Source of the DNA: Eledone cirrhosa
Lineage: Eukaryota
NCBI GenBank assembly: GCA_964016885.1
Contig: CAXHJY010000846.1
Coordinates: 1 to 64,000, forward strand
Direction: 5' to 3'
DNA: 64,000 nt
The notes beneath the pieces are model-generated. The model made no database searches and had not been told where the DNA came from. It saw only the letters and a list, made by a program, of their open reading frames with translations. Made by a program: the position numbers and the translations under genes. This document shows, one piece after another, positions 33,630-46,839 of the stretch; position 1 is the first letter of the stretch, and each line of letters begins with the position of its first letter.

Positions 33630-35915
33630 TCGAGCTGTTCACTTATTACAACCTGTGCATCACCAAGCCACAACACAAGGTTTCCTGGAGACATCCACAC
33701 TCAAAGCACTGGCACCAGCTGGACCTCATTCTGGTTAGACATACTGCCATCAAGAACATTCTCAACACATGCTCCTACTACAGTGTGCAGACTGTGACAC
33801 AGACCACTCCTTGGTGTGTTGCAAGATCAAGTCGCAACCGAGGAGATTCTATCGAATCAAGAAACAAGGGAATTCTAATTCTGGTTAGAACATCTCAACC
33901 AGAATTTGTAAGGAAATTCACGGAGGCTCTCAAGAAACAACTTTGCACCTCTCAAACTGGAGACTCTGCTACAGAGAAGTGGGAAATGCTGTGAAACATC
34001 ATGCACAGCACGGCCTTGGTTACCTTTGGAAAGAGGGTCTCAAAGTCACATGACTGGTTCGACGCCAAGTCTGCCTGGATGACACCTGTCATTGCAGCCA
34101 AGCATACTGCCCTGGCTGAGTACAAACGATCACCCAGCAAGAAGAACCTACAGGCTCTCGATGCTATTAAGTGCCTGCCTGTCATGCAAGAACTTGATGC
34201 TGAGCTAACTTTAGTTAAGCTCAACAAGGCCATTAACAGCTTGAGGTTCCTCCAGACCTGATCAAGCAATACAGGACTATTCTACTGCATCCAATGCAGG
34301 AGGTCCTCTGCCAGTGCTGGCAAGAAGATACTGTGGACATGAGGGATGCCAAGATCATCACCCTCTACAAGAACAAGGGCGAAAAAAGCGACTGCAACAA
34401 CTACAGTGGCATCTCCCTCCAGTGTCGTTTGTAAGGTATTCGCATGGGTCATCTTGATCCGCCTTCAGAAGCTGGCAGAGCATGTGTACCCAGAATCAGA
34501 GTGCCGCTTCCGAGCCAAGCGACCAACAGTAGACATAGTCTTCTCTCTCCACCAACTCCAGGAGAAGTATGGGGAACAGAGCATGCCCCTGTATGTTGCT
34601 TTTATTGACCTCACCAAGGTGTTTGACCTGGTTAGTAGAGATAGCCTTTTCAAGATCCTCCCAAAGATTGGCTGCCCACTGGGACTGCAGAGCATGGTCA
34701 AATCTTTCCACATCAACATGAAGGGGACAGTGCAGTTTAATGGGGGCACCTTGGAGCCATGCAGCATTTGCAGTGGCATAAAACAAGACTGTGTCCTTGC
34801 GTCCACACTCTTTGGGATCTTCTTTGCTCTGCTCTTGAAGCATGCATTTGGCACTGTAACAGAGGGGATCTTCCTACATAACAGATCAGACGGCTAGCTG
34901 TTCAACCTCGCCCACCCCAGAATGAGGATAAAAGTACATAAAACTCTTATTAGAGATATGCTGTTTTCTAATGATGCGGTGGCTGTGACACACTCCCAGC
35001 TGGAACTCCAGATGCTGATGGACCGCTTCTCCTAGGCCTGCAGGATGTGTGACTGACCATCAGCCTTGGGAAGACAAACGTCTTGGGACAGGACACAGAG
35101 GCATCACCAATCATCAAAATCGATGACTATGAGCTTGACATCGTCCATCAGTTCACCTATCTTGGTTCCACCATTACCGACAACCTCTCCTTGGACACAG
35201 AGCTTGACAGGAGGATTGGGAAGGCAGCCACAACATTTGCTTGCCTCACAACCAGAGTGTGGACAAACCCCCAAAGCTGATGGTAAAGATCAATGCCTGT
35301 GTCATTGGTATGTGACACAGGGTCCCCATACGCCAGACAGGAGAGGTGACTCAACACCTTCCATCTGAGAAGTCTACGCCATATCCTGGTTATATCCTGG
35401 CAGGACAGAGTACCCAACTCCGAGGTCCTTATTCGTGCTGGCTTTCCCAGCATGTTTGTGCTGCTCCCACAGCACAGACTACACTGGCTAGGACACATCC
35501 ACTGCATAAATGATGGCTGCATCCCAAAAGACATCCTATATGGGGAGCTGGCCTCTGGAAAGAGAGCCACTGGTCGACCTCCGCTGTGATACAAAGACAT
35601 TGTGAAGAGAGATATGACGGCCATTGAGATCAACACAGAGTCCTGGGAGGGCCTTGCAGCTGACTGGCTAAGATGGAGGAACACCCTAAATCAACACCTC
35701 AAATCAGGGGAGGAGAATTTGATGACTGCAGCAGCGGACATGAGAGCTCAGCAAAAGGGGTGCAATAAATCCAACAGCCAGAGACCATATACAGATATGC
35801 TCTATGTGACAAGTCTGTTTAGCTACCGGAGATGCTGCTCCAGCTGAGCTGACAACAGGATACTACCCATAGTCAGCCTTAACTAAAGGAGGCCTTAACT
35901 TAATTTAACTAACCA
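33630..35915 (+). mobile_element. Degenerate BovB-like RTE LINE (end of APE, RT, C-terminus, (TAAC)n-like tail)
   Basis: KVSWRHPHSKHWHQLDLILVR, YVAFIDLTKVFDLVSR, GIKQDCVLASTLFGIFF, FTYLGSTITDNLSLDTELDRRIGKA; tail ggccttaacttaatttaactaacc. Confidence 0.9.
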
Positions 35916-35976
35916 GTATGATCATCTTACAAGGTAATCTGGGTATCTTTTGTATCACCACTACGGCCACTTTATG

Positions 35977-36039
<63 letters not shown>

Positions 36040-36042
<3 letters not shown>

Positions 36043-36175
36043 AAAGTATATATTGAGTTAAAAACTCACTGTCCCTTATAATAAAAGTAGCTCAAGGAAA
36101 ATTTTTTCCAAGCCTAATAATAATAATTGCGATTTGAATGCATATATGTATATGTCTGTGTTCGTCTCTCTTTAT

Positions 36176-36220
<45 letters not shown>

Positions 36221-37010
36221 GAGTTAAACAAGATTCAATGAGTATATCAAAGAATGAGTTTTACAGTAGATTGGAAGCCCTCTATGGAAAATAATTTTCC
36301 AGAGTTATTAATATTAAAATACAAATATTAATAAAATAGATGTTCTTTTTATCAATTACATTTTATTATACATATTTCAGATGTACAACAGTACGTCCTC
36401 ATCAGGAAAAATATAATGATACATGACATACCCTGAGATGTTAAATGGTTAAGATTTAATCAAGGTAGTGATTAACCTAAGAGAAAATTTAACATTTATA
36501 CCCTAATTATGAGAAAATGCGAAAACGTAATAAATTCAATAGAGAATGTGTGAGTAAGAAAAACGTTGCTTAATGTAACAGTCATAGAGATTTTAAAATG
36601 TATGATACTACAATTTATCAGGGAAAGCGGTCAATGAGAGCCGGTGAGATAATATATGTAGAGAGAGGGAAGATAAGTGGTAATATATGTAGAAGGAGAT
36701 TTTCTGAAAGTTAAACAGTTAAGTTTGAAAATATTTAATTTATGCTATTTTAGGGTGAAGAATCAAGATTTTAGTTTTTTTTTTTAAATTGCAGGTTATT
36801 TATTAGTTTTGTAAATTCAATAAGTGTTTTAACATTTCTAAACTTCGGAATTTTATGAGGATAACTTTTAAAGGATTTAGCTGGCCAGCGGAAAAGAAAG
36901 TTTACACTGTCCAATATTTTTCTAAATGTAAGCTTTACCGGAGATATTCATTGTCAACATATATGGTATGTAAATCTTATGAAATATTTATTGTTAGAAA
37001 TATTTAAATA
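36040..37010 (-). mobile_element. Probable orphan PLE 3' UTR/pseudo-LTR between (TA)n tracts
   Basis: AT-rich unique block bounded by microsatellites that carries a hammerhead motif; no ORF, so the call is indirect. Confidence 0.4.
36351..36420 (-). ncRNA. Minimal hammerhead-like motif
   Basis: CUGAUGA-ggacguac(uguu)guacaucu-GAAA-uaugua-UA-auaaaau; stem I is imperfect. Confidence 0.6.
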
Positions 37011-37019
37011 ACTATTATG

Positions 37020-37096
<77 letters not shown>

Positions 37097-37416
37097 AATT
37101 AAGATTAAAATCAAAATTAAATTTAAAATTAAAATTAAAAGCATAGGGTGGAATACATGCGACAGATAATACAATAGAATATTGTATTATCTGTATTATC
37201 TTGTCGCATGTATTCCACCCTATGCTTTTAATTTTAATTTTAAATTTAATTTTGATTTTAATCTTAATTTGAATTATTGTACAATTATAGTATAATATAA
37301 TATATGTCACATCCATTCCAACTGTAAACATGAAACTGTTGTCCACAACATCAATATATATGTATCTGTATGATTCTTTAGTTGAATAGGAGGTTAATTA
37401 TATGTACAAACATTGA

Positions 37417-37470
37417 TAATGCTCCGAAGACTCCAAGCCTAGGTTTGGAAGAAACAATTGTCAGTGATTA
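37417..37470 (+). ncRNA. Variant hammerhead-like motif in the 5' pseudo-LTR (core CCGAAGA)
   Basis: uaaugcu-CCGAAGA-cuccaagccuagguuuggaa-GAAAC-aauu-GUC-agugauua. Confidence 0.55.
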
Positions 37471-37701
37471 AATGTTTTAAACATAACTTTGAGTCTTGTG
37501 TATTCTATATTACTGCTCTGTAAAACAACTGATGTTCTTACATTGAGCTATTTATCTTACTGGTAATAAGGTAGTAATAAATTACTGACCTTCCCTGTTT
37601 ATAGTTGTTTATAGTATAGCATATATACATAACTATAAATAGTATCTTTAATATTATTAACTGCTCCATACTGTTGAGCTAACATACATTAAATTACCAG
37701 T

Positions 37702-40152
37702 ATGCTGATCAAAGAATACCTTCCTATGTCTACTAAGAACATACCAATACCATCTAAAGATACAAACGAAAAATTATTGATCAATAGTGTCAACTCCTTT
37801 ATCAATAGAGTGAGATGGAGGACATTCCATTATGATAAAAACAGATCTAACAAAACCGATGATACTAACAAATTTGACTCCTTCGGCTTTAAAACTTTTA
37901 AAAGCCCTCCTCACAACACACTATTAAACTCTTTTGAAAATGACCTAATAAAACTAGTTAAGAACATTAAATACAAAAAGCATCGTAATAGAAACAACAC
38001 TTTCTTAAACAAACTTAACTCTTCTATTAAAGGATTCAATACAAATAATAAAATTATTGTACATGCAGATAAACCTAATAATATATATAGCCTAGATTAT
38101 GATACTTATAGAAAATTTATATATAGAGAACTACACAGGAGCTATAAGAAAACTACTATTAAAAACCTAGAAGATATTAATTTGGAAGGCCATAGTATAG
38201 TGTCTAAATTGGGACTTCAGAGGCATACACAGCCATACACCCCTAACTCCCCAAGATTCTCTCTGAAGGACCATAAGGAAGATTTCATTAGTAACCCTTC
38301 GATAAGACTAATCTGCCCTTCCAAATCTGACATTGGCATTATCAGTAAGAAAATTTTAGATAAAATCATCCCACAGATTAAGCACAAAATATACCTTAAC
38401 CAGTGGGGAAATACAGGTGAAGTTATTGAATGGTTTAAGGATATTAAAGAGAACAAAAATAAAAAATTTATACAGTTTGATATTAATTCATACTACACCT
38501 CTATTTCCCCTATCCTATTAAATAAGGCACTTATTATGGCCATGAACAATAGTGACCTGACTAAATCCCAGATTGATGTCATACTTGCGGCCCGTAAAAC
38601 CATAATTACATTTGAAGATCAGTTATGGACCAGCAAGAATACGCATAACAACTTTGACATAACTATGGGATCTAGTGACTCGGCGCAGGTCACTGATTTG
38701 GTGGGCCTATATCTACTAAATGAAATCCATAAGGACCTACCATACCTCAACGGTGGTTTATACCGCGATGATGTTATAAACTATCAAAATTTTAATATAG
38801 AAAGAACTAGGAAACTATTACATAAAACTTTCAAAAACTATAACTTAAGTATCACCATAGATAAAAAACGCTAAAAATGTTAACTTCCTTGATGCTACCC
38901 TTTACCTAGACTCTAAAATATATACACCCTTTCATAAACCTAACGAAAAACTAATTTATGTAGATACCAAGTCTAACCACCCTAGGTCCATATTAAACTC
39001 AATCACTAAAGGAATATCTAATAGAATCTCTAATCTATATTATAACGAAACCATATTTAGCAATAATTCACAATACTACAATCAAGCATTAGCTAAATCA
39101 GGCCATAATAATGGGATTGAGTTCCTACCTATAAAATCACATAGTTACAACATTATTTCTCACAATATGGCCATGAGGAAAAATAGTAATAAGAATAATA
39201 ACCACCCTTACACTAATACGAAGGGTAGTATCAAACTTAACTCGCACCAAAGTAGACACCAAAATATTATAAACAGAAATACCTCAATAGATATAAAAAA
39301 CAAAAAATAGAAGAAGAACTAATACATTTTTCAATCCCCCTTTCAATCTAAATGTCTTTACCAACTTACCTAAGTAAGGCTTTCTTCTCAATCCTGGAAA
39401 AAAAATTCCCATCTGGCCACAAGTACTATAGTCTTATAAATAAAAACACCATTAAAATCTCCTACTCTACCACACCTAACATAGCATACAATATAGCTAG
39501 TAGTAATAAAAGAAAGATTAATACTTATTTTCAACAAATTAAAACACAGCAGGAGGTAAACTTTCAAAACAACATAATAACTACAAACCCTAATAACAAT
39601 AGTAATAATAGTAATAACACTAATGAAATCAATAACATTAGGAACGACAACCATCATAGCCCTAATGCAATACCTAGCAACCAGACTTCTACACAACATA
39701 ATAACCGACAAGATAACATCCAAAATAAATGTAACTGTAGATCAAATAGAACCTGCCCTTTAGGTAGCAACTGCTTAATCAAGGACATCATTTACTCATG
39801 CACGGTCAACACTAACAACTCTTCTAAAACCTATATAGGCTCTACTTCGAACTGCTTCAAGACGAGATACAACTCACACCTCCATTCTTTCAAAAAACAC
39901 AATCTAACCAACTCCACTTCACTATCTAGCTACATACACTATCTGAAAACTAGGAATAGATCATATTCACTTCAATAGGAAGTAGTAGGTAGGGCTGCAT
40001 CGTATAAACCACCTAATACATTTTGTAACCTCTGTCTACTAGAGACCCATTCTATAATCTTTTCGAATCTTAACCTCCTTAATAAAAAATCGGAAGTGTT
40101 TGCATCGTGCCAGCACCACTTCCGACACTCTTTCCAAAACTTTAAACCTAGT
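37702..40152 (+). pseudogene. PLE RT plus GIY-YIG ORF, frameshifted
   Basis: STKNIPIP..RVRWR, VHADKPNNIY, KDHKEDF..RLICPSKSDIG, FIQFDINSYY, TMGSSDSAQVTDLVG, LYRDD, KSNHP, CNCRSNRTCPLGSNC, IIYSCTV..YIGST..FKTRYNSH, CNLCL. Breaks near 38874, 39310 and 39978. Confidence 0.9.
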
Positions 40153-41572
40153 ATATAACAATGTCAGATTTGAACTCATCACCACCATTAGCACTTCACC
40201 TCTAGGACTTGCCTTCCACCACTGCATCACACTCTTTGATCCACCCTTTCCTCTACACAAATCATTTTATCTATAACTTTATACTCTAAAAATATTCTTA
40301 TAGTCACCACCTTTTAATATAATTACTTTAGATTACATATAATTATATAGTGATTGAAATATAATACAATTTATATAAACTTTAAATATTAAAAGTAACA
40401 ATGAATTATATATACATTTATAATTAAATGTATAAATTAATAACATTGTATATATAGGATTAATTTATTATATAAGGGATTTATCTAACTTAAATGTAAT
40501 ATGGAACAATGAATTATATATACATTTATAAATAAATGTATAGATTAATAACATTGTATATAAAGGATGAATTTATTTACTCAAGAGATATATCTAATTT
40601 ATCATGCAAACAGCTATACGTTATTCCATAGCTTACCAAATATTGGGTAGACAACAATCTAATAAAACCTTTAATATATTTTTAAGAGAGTAGACTATAT
40701 TTAAAAGTAAATAAAATATAAATATATAACACTTTGTATGGGAAATTCAATTATGGCACTATATAATATTGGGTAGACAACTTTCTAATGAAACCTTTAA
40801 TATATTATGAGAGAGTAGACTGTATTTAAAATTAAATATAAATATATAACTTTTTATATAAGGGACTCAATTGAGGCACCATATAATGTCTATTAGAGCA
40901 ATGAATTTAATTATTATAATGAGCTCGTTACCTCCCCTTACGCATTAGCTCCCCTTAATTCGATACCCACTTCCGGATATTAAACCGTTGAAAATTCTCG
41001 CAGCTGAACAACTCTAATCTATAAATATGGATTAAATAACACTAAGTTACAATACATTACTATCCATTACTATAACAAACATTCAATACAAATATATCGT
41101 AACTTATGTAATGGATGTGAAATCTGTAACTTTCTTTTTCTACACACATACAAATTTGAACTATACAGAAAATATCCTCACAGTGCAACCACCATAATAC
41201 ACTAACATATTTGCTTAAAGTGCTTGTATTTCATGTAATACCTTGCCATACAGTACTCATATATGCATGATACATTTGCTTGTTCCATTCCTTTATATAT
41301 GACTAACGCATGTACTATCTCTTTAATTTAATTTTTAGACTATTCTATTGTATTATCTGTCGCATGTATTCCACCCTATGCTTTTAATTTTAATTTTAAA
41401 TTTAATTTTGATTTTAATCTTAATTTGAATTATTGTACAATTATAGTATAATATAATATATGTCGCATCCATTCCAACTGTAAACATGAAACTGTTGTCC
41501 ACAACATCAATATATATGTATCTGTATGATTCTTTAGTTGAATAGGAGGTTAATTATATGTACAAACATTGA

Positions 41573-41626
41573 TAATGCTCCGAAGACTCCAAGCCTAGGT
41601 TTGGAAGAAACAATTGTCAGTGATTA
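41573..41626 (+). ncRNA. Identical variant hammerhead-like motif in the 3' pseudo-LTR
   Basis: Same sequence as 37417-37470. Confidence 0.55.
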
Positions 41627-42008
41627 AATGTTTTAAACATAACTTTGAGTCTTGTGTATTCTATATTACTGCTCTGTAAAACAACTGATGTTCTTACATT
41701 GAGCTATTTATCTTACTGGTAATAAGGTAGTAATAAATTACTGACCTTCCCTGTTTATAGTTGTTTATAGTTTAGTATATATACATAACTATAAATAGTA
41801 TCTTTAATATTATATATATATATATATATATGTATGTATATATGTAGAAGTTATATTTAATTTGTTGGGATTCCAACAAACTTAAAAGTTTATAACTGAT
41901 ATAGAGCACTCAACAAATTGCTGGAGTAAATATTCAATATATTAATAAATGGAAACTATATTTATAAAACCATAATTATTTTATTATATGTATTTCAAGG
42001 GCGACCAA

Positions 42009-42053
<45 letters not shown>

Positions 42054-42399
42054 TCGTCAGTCATCCCTCCAATGAAAGGTGAAGTATTCATTTTACTTTT
42101 TTTAATAGTTAGAATAAATGCAGCTCACCATACATGCATATTCATAGATTTTTCCACTAACTGGAGCAGTTGTACCAACCCATTGTTAAATTAATAGTCA
42201 ATCATTTGTGAAGCCACTGGTGTTCATGATGCCAAGGTCATCTAATTAAACTGATGATTGTCGCATGAGCTACTGTTTACTATAAGACAAACAGGATTTT
42301 TATCAAGGCTTACTCCTTGTCATAATACCAAATCTCATAATAGAAAATGTCAACTAAGAACAGTTCCTCAATATGAGGGGGCTGCACTTTATGGTAATT

Positions 42400-42765
42400 T
42401 TAGCAAAAGCCTCCCACCAAACCCTGGATCATTCTGTCACCTCACAGACATTGAAAGTACCCTCTCTCGGTTTATTCCCCACTACTTAGAAGAACATAGT
42501 CAGATAAGGCCACTCTCACCCATCTTTCCTAAAATACATAAGAAGGCAACACCTCCCTCTTTCCCCTTACCCTACTCTTCAAATGGTACTTGAAGAAGTT
42601 GATGAGGGCTTGATCGCACAGGAATATTCCTGACCTCAAACCTTTTAGATGTGTCCTCCATGTAACCTTTGCCACCATAGCCATCAAACATAGGAAAAGT
42701 TGCTGCATCTCCCTTCTAAAGGAAGGTAGCAGTTCAGTTTTCACTACAGACATGGCTGATAGTCA
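42400..42765 (-). mobile_element. Old L1/Tx1-type 3' fragment
   Basis: LFLCLMAMVAKVTWRTHLKGLRSGIFLCDQALINFFKYHLKSRVRGKREVL aligns with the 48678-48896 peptide. Confidence 0.65.
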
Positions 42766-43140
42766 GATCTACCCTACAACAGCAACAGTAACAGAAACAA
42801 CAACAACAGCAACAGAAACAACAACAACAACAACAATAACAATAACAACAACAACTATAACAACAACAGAAACAACAGCAGCAGAAACAACAACAACTAT
42901 AACAACAACAACAACAACAACAACAATAAGAATAAGTAAAAGAAAGTTTCTAATTTTGGCACAAGACCAGCAATTTGGAGAGAGGGGAGAAAGTTGATGG
43001 TGTTAACAATGGTACTTGACTGGTACTTTCTTTTATCAGCTCCATCTGAAAAGATAATGATAATGATGACAATAAAAATTAAAGTTCTCAGCTGACATTG
43101 GGGCAGAGGTCACAGGTGTCAAATGTCAATAAACTTCTCA

Positions 43141-43208
<68 letters not shown>

Positions 43209-43351
43209 TTGAAACAACAGGAACACTCTTTGTCAGAAATGACAGAAGTCCAACAACAACACACACACACTTGAACATGTGTATGTGTGTGTGTGTGCAG
43301 TTCTTTATTTCCAGCAATTATGGGGTTCTTATGATGAAATATCAAGTTTAA

Positions 43352-43539
43352 CCCTTTAGCATTTAAACCAGCCATATCCAGACAGAATTCTCTCACCTCT
43401 TTCTTTTCAAACTGGCTGTAAACTGCTGCTCATACTGATGTTAAGGTATTGTTCTCAAAAGATAATATCAAAATCTTATAGGTTTGATGTTATGTGAGAA
43501 ATACAATAGTAGATATAGAGTAATGTAAATGGTAAAGGG
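43352..43539. mobile_element. piggyBac-type MITE with TTAA target duplication
   Basis: TTAA|ccctttagcattta ... taaatggtaaaggg|TTAA. Confidence 0.85.
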
Positions 43540-44171
43540 TTAAGAGCTCTTTATAAATCCCTCAGTAATATTTGGGGTTTGTATCATTAGAAAGGTTTGG
43601 AGACTAATATGTTACATTTACTGATTTTAGTTTTGTTTTATCATTACTATGTTGTTGAAGCAAATCTTTAATTTTGCTGTAACTAAATCTTTTTAGTGGG
43701 AACTGACAGCTTGCATTTTATCACTGATTATGATAGAGAACATACAATATACAAATGTATGTATCGTTATGATGAATAGGTGTAATGGGAAATGGAACCC
43801 TTCTCTGACACATACATACTTCACACTGCACAAACAAAATTAATACTGAATGCCAGAGGTCACCTGACAAAAAACAGCTACTGTACGACAACAGTATATG
43901 TAACATATGGGATTTAAAGCCCAGTTAATCTATTGACAATATATTTGAAGGTAGTTAAACACCCACATCCACACAAAAACACAAACAAACACACACAAAC
44001 ATACACATACACATGTAAATATATATATATATACAAGTTTACGTTAGCTTGTAGGGGAAGCACTCACAATGCAGTTAACTCTAAATATTAACTGAATGAG
44101 TTGAGTAAAATACTCCTTCCATCTCCCAAAGTACCTTACCCAACTTATTCAACTATTATATATACATTTAT

Positions 44172-44202
<31 letters not shown>

Positions 44203-44397
44203 CATACACAGAGAGAGAGAGAGAGACACACATATATATATAGGAGAGAATACAATCATTACAGGGTGTATGAATGAGAAAACATGTATTCTCGCCTATA
44301 TATTTTGAAGAGCCCGGAAAAATTTCCTTGAGCTCATTATATTACAGGGAACAACGCGGGTCCTTTACTCCGTTGCTTCATTTATTATATAATATAT

Positions 44398-44738
44398 ATA
44401 TATATTATAAAGTAAAATAACAGGAGGCCAAACAGGTTTAGTTTCCTTAATTTGTCTCAGAGACAACAGGGCATAATAACATGCTGCTTCTATCACCTCG
44501 GGGTCAAAAACATAAACACTTTTTTCTTCTCTGTTTTTCCTTTGCTTTTTTCCTTAAATCCTCTTGGAATGTGTTTACCATCATTCCATTGGTATACATC
44601 TATTATGCAATTTACACCTGAAGATGTTCCCTGGTTCTTACGTAACCTGGCCACTGAAATGTGCATAGTGTTTGCAGAAATAAATAATTAAGGAAATTCA
44701 ATCTGTTTGGCCTCCTGTCGTATTACTTTATAATATAT
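44398..44738. repeat. Inverted-repeat unit (arms of about 53 bp) enclosing a hammerhead; probable PLE pseudo-LTR remnant
   Basis: tattataaagtaaaataacaggaggccaaacaggtttagtttccttaatt against aattaaggaaattcaatctgtttggcctcctgtcgtattactttataata. Confidence 0.8.
44606..44676 (+). ncRNA. Minimal type I hammerhead ribozyme motif
   Basis: acac-CUGAAGA-[stem II with gguu/aacc]-GAAA-ugugca-UA-gugu; stem I extends with ugcaa/uugca. Confidence 0.7.
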
Positions 44739-45386
44739 TTGACTCCATTCCCACATCAAAGATGGATGAGGTGCTTAACGTTGAGTGCTTTTCTCATATT
44801 ACGCCATGATTAACATTGCAGAATAACCAATTCTACCCAGTGCTAAACCACCAAATTGAAACGTGTAAATATATATATATATAATATACATATACATATA
44901 TATATATATATGTACACATATATGTATATTTATATATATATATATTTGTCTACCTTTCTGTTTTTGTTCCTGTCCAACTTTTCACTATATATATATATAT
45001 ATATATACATAGACACACATACATAAATATATATTGAATACATATAAATAAAAATGAGAAAACTCATTGCTAGAACAGCCGTTAAAACAGCTAAATGCTG
45101 TCAAGGACAACAATGAGCAAAAATGCCTCATTGGACAAAGATCAGCAGTCAGTGGTCAACAGAGAGAGACAATCCACAAGGTGGGTGACAGGCAGATGAA
45201 ATATAGAAAAGATTGAAAGAGGAGGAGAACAAGGAGAAGTGCAACACTGGTGCAGATGTAGTGAGCAGAGGATAGTGGAATTATCACAAGGGTTGTGATA
45301 ATCTTAACTATAATTTTTTAAATAAATAATCTGTTATACTTGTCATGTTTTATGGTAATTGCATATAGGTTTGCATTAGTCTAGAG

Positions 45387-45769
45387 CAGGGTTTCCTAAC
45401 CTTTTTTCAGCCAGTGTTCCCTTTGAGCGCAAACTTTTTTCTCAACCCCCTCCCATCAAATTAAATTTCATATAAGATACTGAATTTATAAGACTTCCCA
45501 TGTTATCTGGTGTATGGCCACAGTTCAAATGGGTACAAAACCTAAAGCAAATGTGTATGTGCGTGTGTGTGGTTGGGCCTTTAATCACCAGGGGTCAATT
45601 TAAGTTCAAAGTGGAAAAAAGTCTTTTGAAAGAAAAAAATGGATAAATGCCTACCGCCCGCCTGAGTATATTCACCCCCCCCCCCCCAATGAAATAAAAA
45701 CTCCCAGCACCTCCTTTCAACACAACAGCACCCACAAGTCGGCGCTAGCACCCACATTGGCAAAAACTG
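45387..45769. mobile_element. hAT (Charlie-like) non-autonomous element
   Basis: Perfect 8-bp TSD gtctagag at 45379-45386 and 45770-45777; imperfect TIRs CAGGGTTTCCTAAC / TTGGCAAAAACTG. Confidence 0.85.
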
Positions 45770-46134
45770 GTCTAGAGTGAGATTATATAATTCACAAAAT
45801 TACTGATTGCTGTGTTAAAAAATATACATTTCACAGTTCCTTGGAAGGTAAATAAAATTCAGTGCCAAAGTTAGGCAGTTTTTAGAGAGACGAACCAGTA
45901 AGTGCTGTGGTAGAAGACCCATCAGCATTCACGGATTAGTAGGTCTTTGATAATGACAGCGATCCACTCAGCGTATTGGGTTCAGTTGATTATATTGCTG
46001 AGGTGTAGCTTGTAGTATTCAGACAAAATTAACAGCAAGTGTATCCAAGGAGCTGAAGGGTTGGGGCATGTTTTAGTATTTCAGTAGAGCTGAGATAATT
46101 GTTATTAATGTATAGTAAATTAAGGTACAGAAAT

Positions 46135-46325
46135 AATTGTTTCTACTTTTGGCACAAGGCCAGCAATTACCCAGTACATTACTGGTACTTTATTTTATCG
46201 ACCCCGTAAGGATGAAAGGCAAAGTTGACCTCGGCGGGATTTGAAGTCAGAATGGAAAGGGCCGTAACTCTATGCGTCAAAGCATGACGTCCGACCCTCT
46301 ACCGATACTGCCAATCCACTGCCCT
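46135..46325 (-). mobile_element. tRNA-derived SINE (most abundant local family)
   Basis: A-box-like tggcagtatcggt and B-box-like gacttcaaatccc; body tttgcctttcatccttacggggtcgataaaataaagtaccag; tail gaaacaattatt. Confidence 0.8.
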
Positions 46326-46839
46326 AAGGAACAGAAATAATGGATTTATATGTTCCAATGTTTACATTAATGCACCTGTGTCTGGAATTTTATTATTATT
46401 GTTGATAAAAAGTATTTGTGGTTCTTTGTTCTATGGGTTGAAATTAATTATTTTATAGTTGTAAGCAGATAGAGACTGTTCAGTTTGAGATAAAATGTTT
46501 TTATAGATAATGGTTGGAGTTTTATTGTAAGTTAAAATAGATGTTCAAAGTAAGATCAAGATTTATGGGTGTTATACATTTTAAATGTAGTTTTGTGTGT
46601 GAAAGTTTATGAGTTTGAAAGATGTACATTATGATATCAGAGTTGTTCATAAGAATATTATATTTCATCTTCTATTTTTTTTTATATACATTTTTGTTTT
46701 ATGGGTCACAGATGTCATTAAAAAATACTAAATTACAAAAACAACTGGCATTCAAAACAGAATAGCATTGATTACAAAGTTTTATTGTTGATAGTACAAT
46801 CTGCAAAACCTAACCAGAAGATTTCAAGATAATTGTAAG

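Larger units (their letters stand above)
37095..41813 (+). mobile_element. Full-structure Penelope-like element (Hydra-like) with direct pseudo-LTRs and a 5' inverted segment, inserted in a microsatellite
   Basis: Near-identical repeats of about 470 bp at 37180-37657 and 41346-41813. 37095-37181 is the reverse complement of 41341-41427. The ORF starts right after the 5' pLTR; (TA)n lies on both sides. Confidence 0.93.

Noticed and set aside
42752-43396. Mucin-like poly-Thr and poly-Ser ORFs
   Set aside because: They are (ACA)n and (TAC)n microsatellites.
43740-43920. Possible host exon (CNGKWNPSL, sushi-like)
   Set aside because: The frame is short and closed by stops, with no convincing splice pair or further domain residues.
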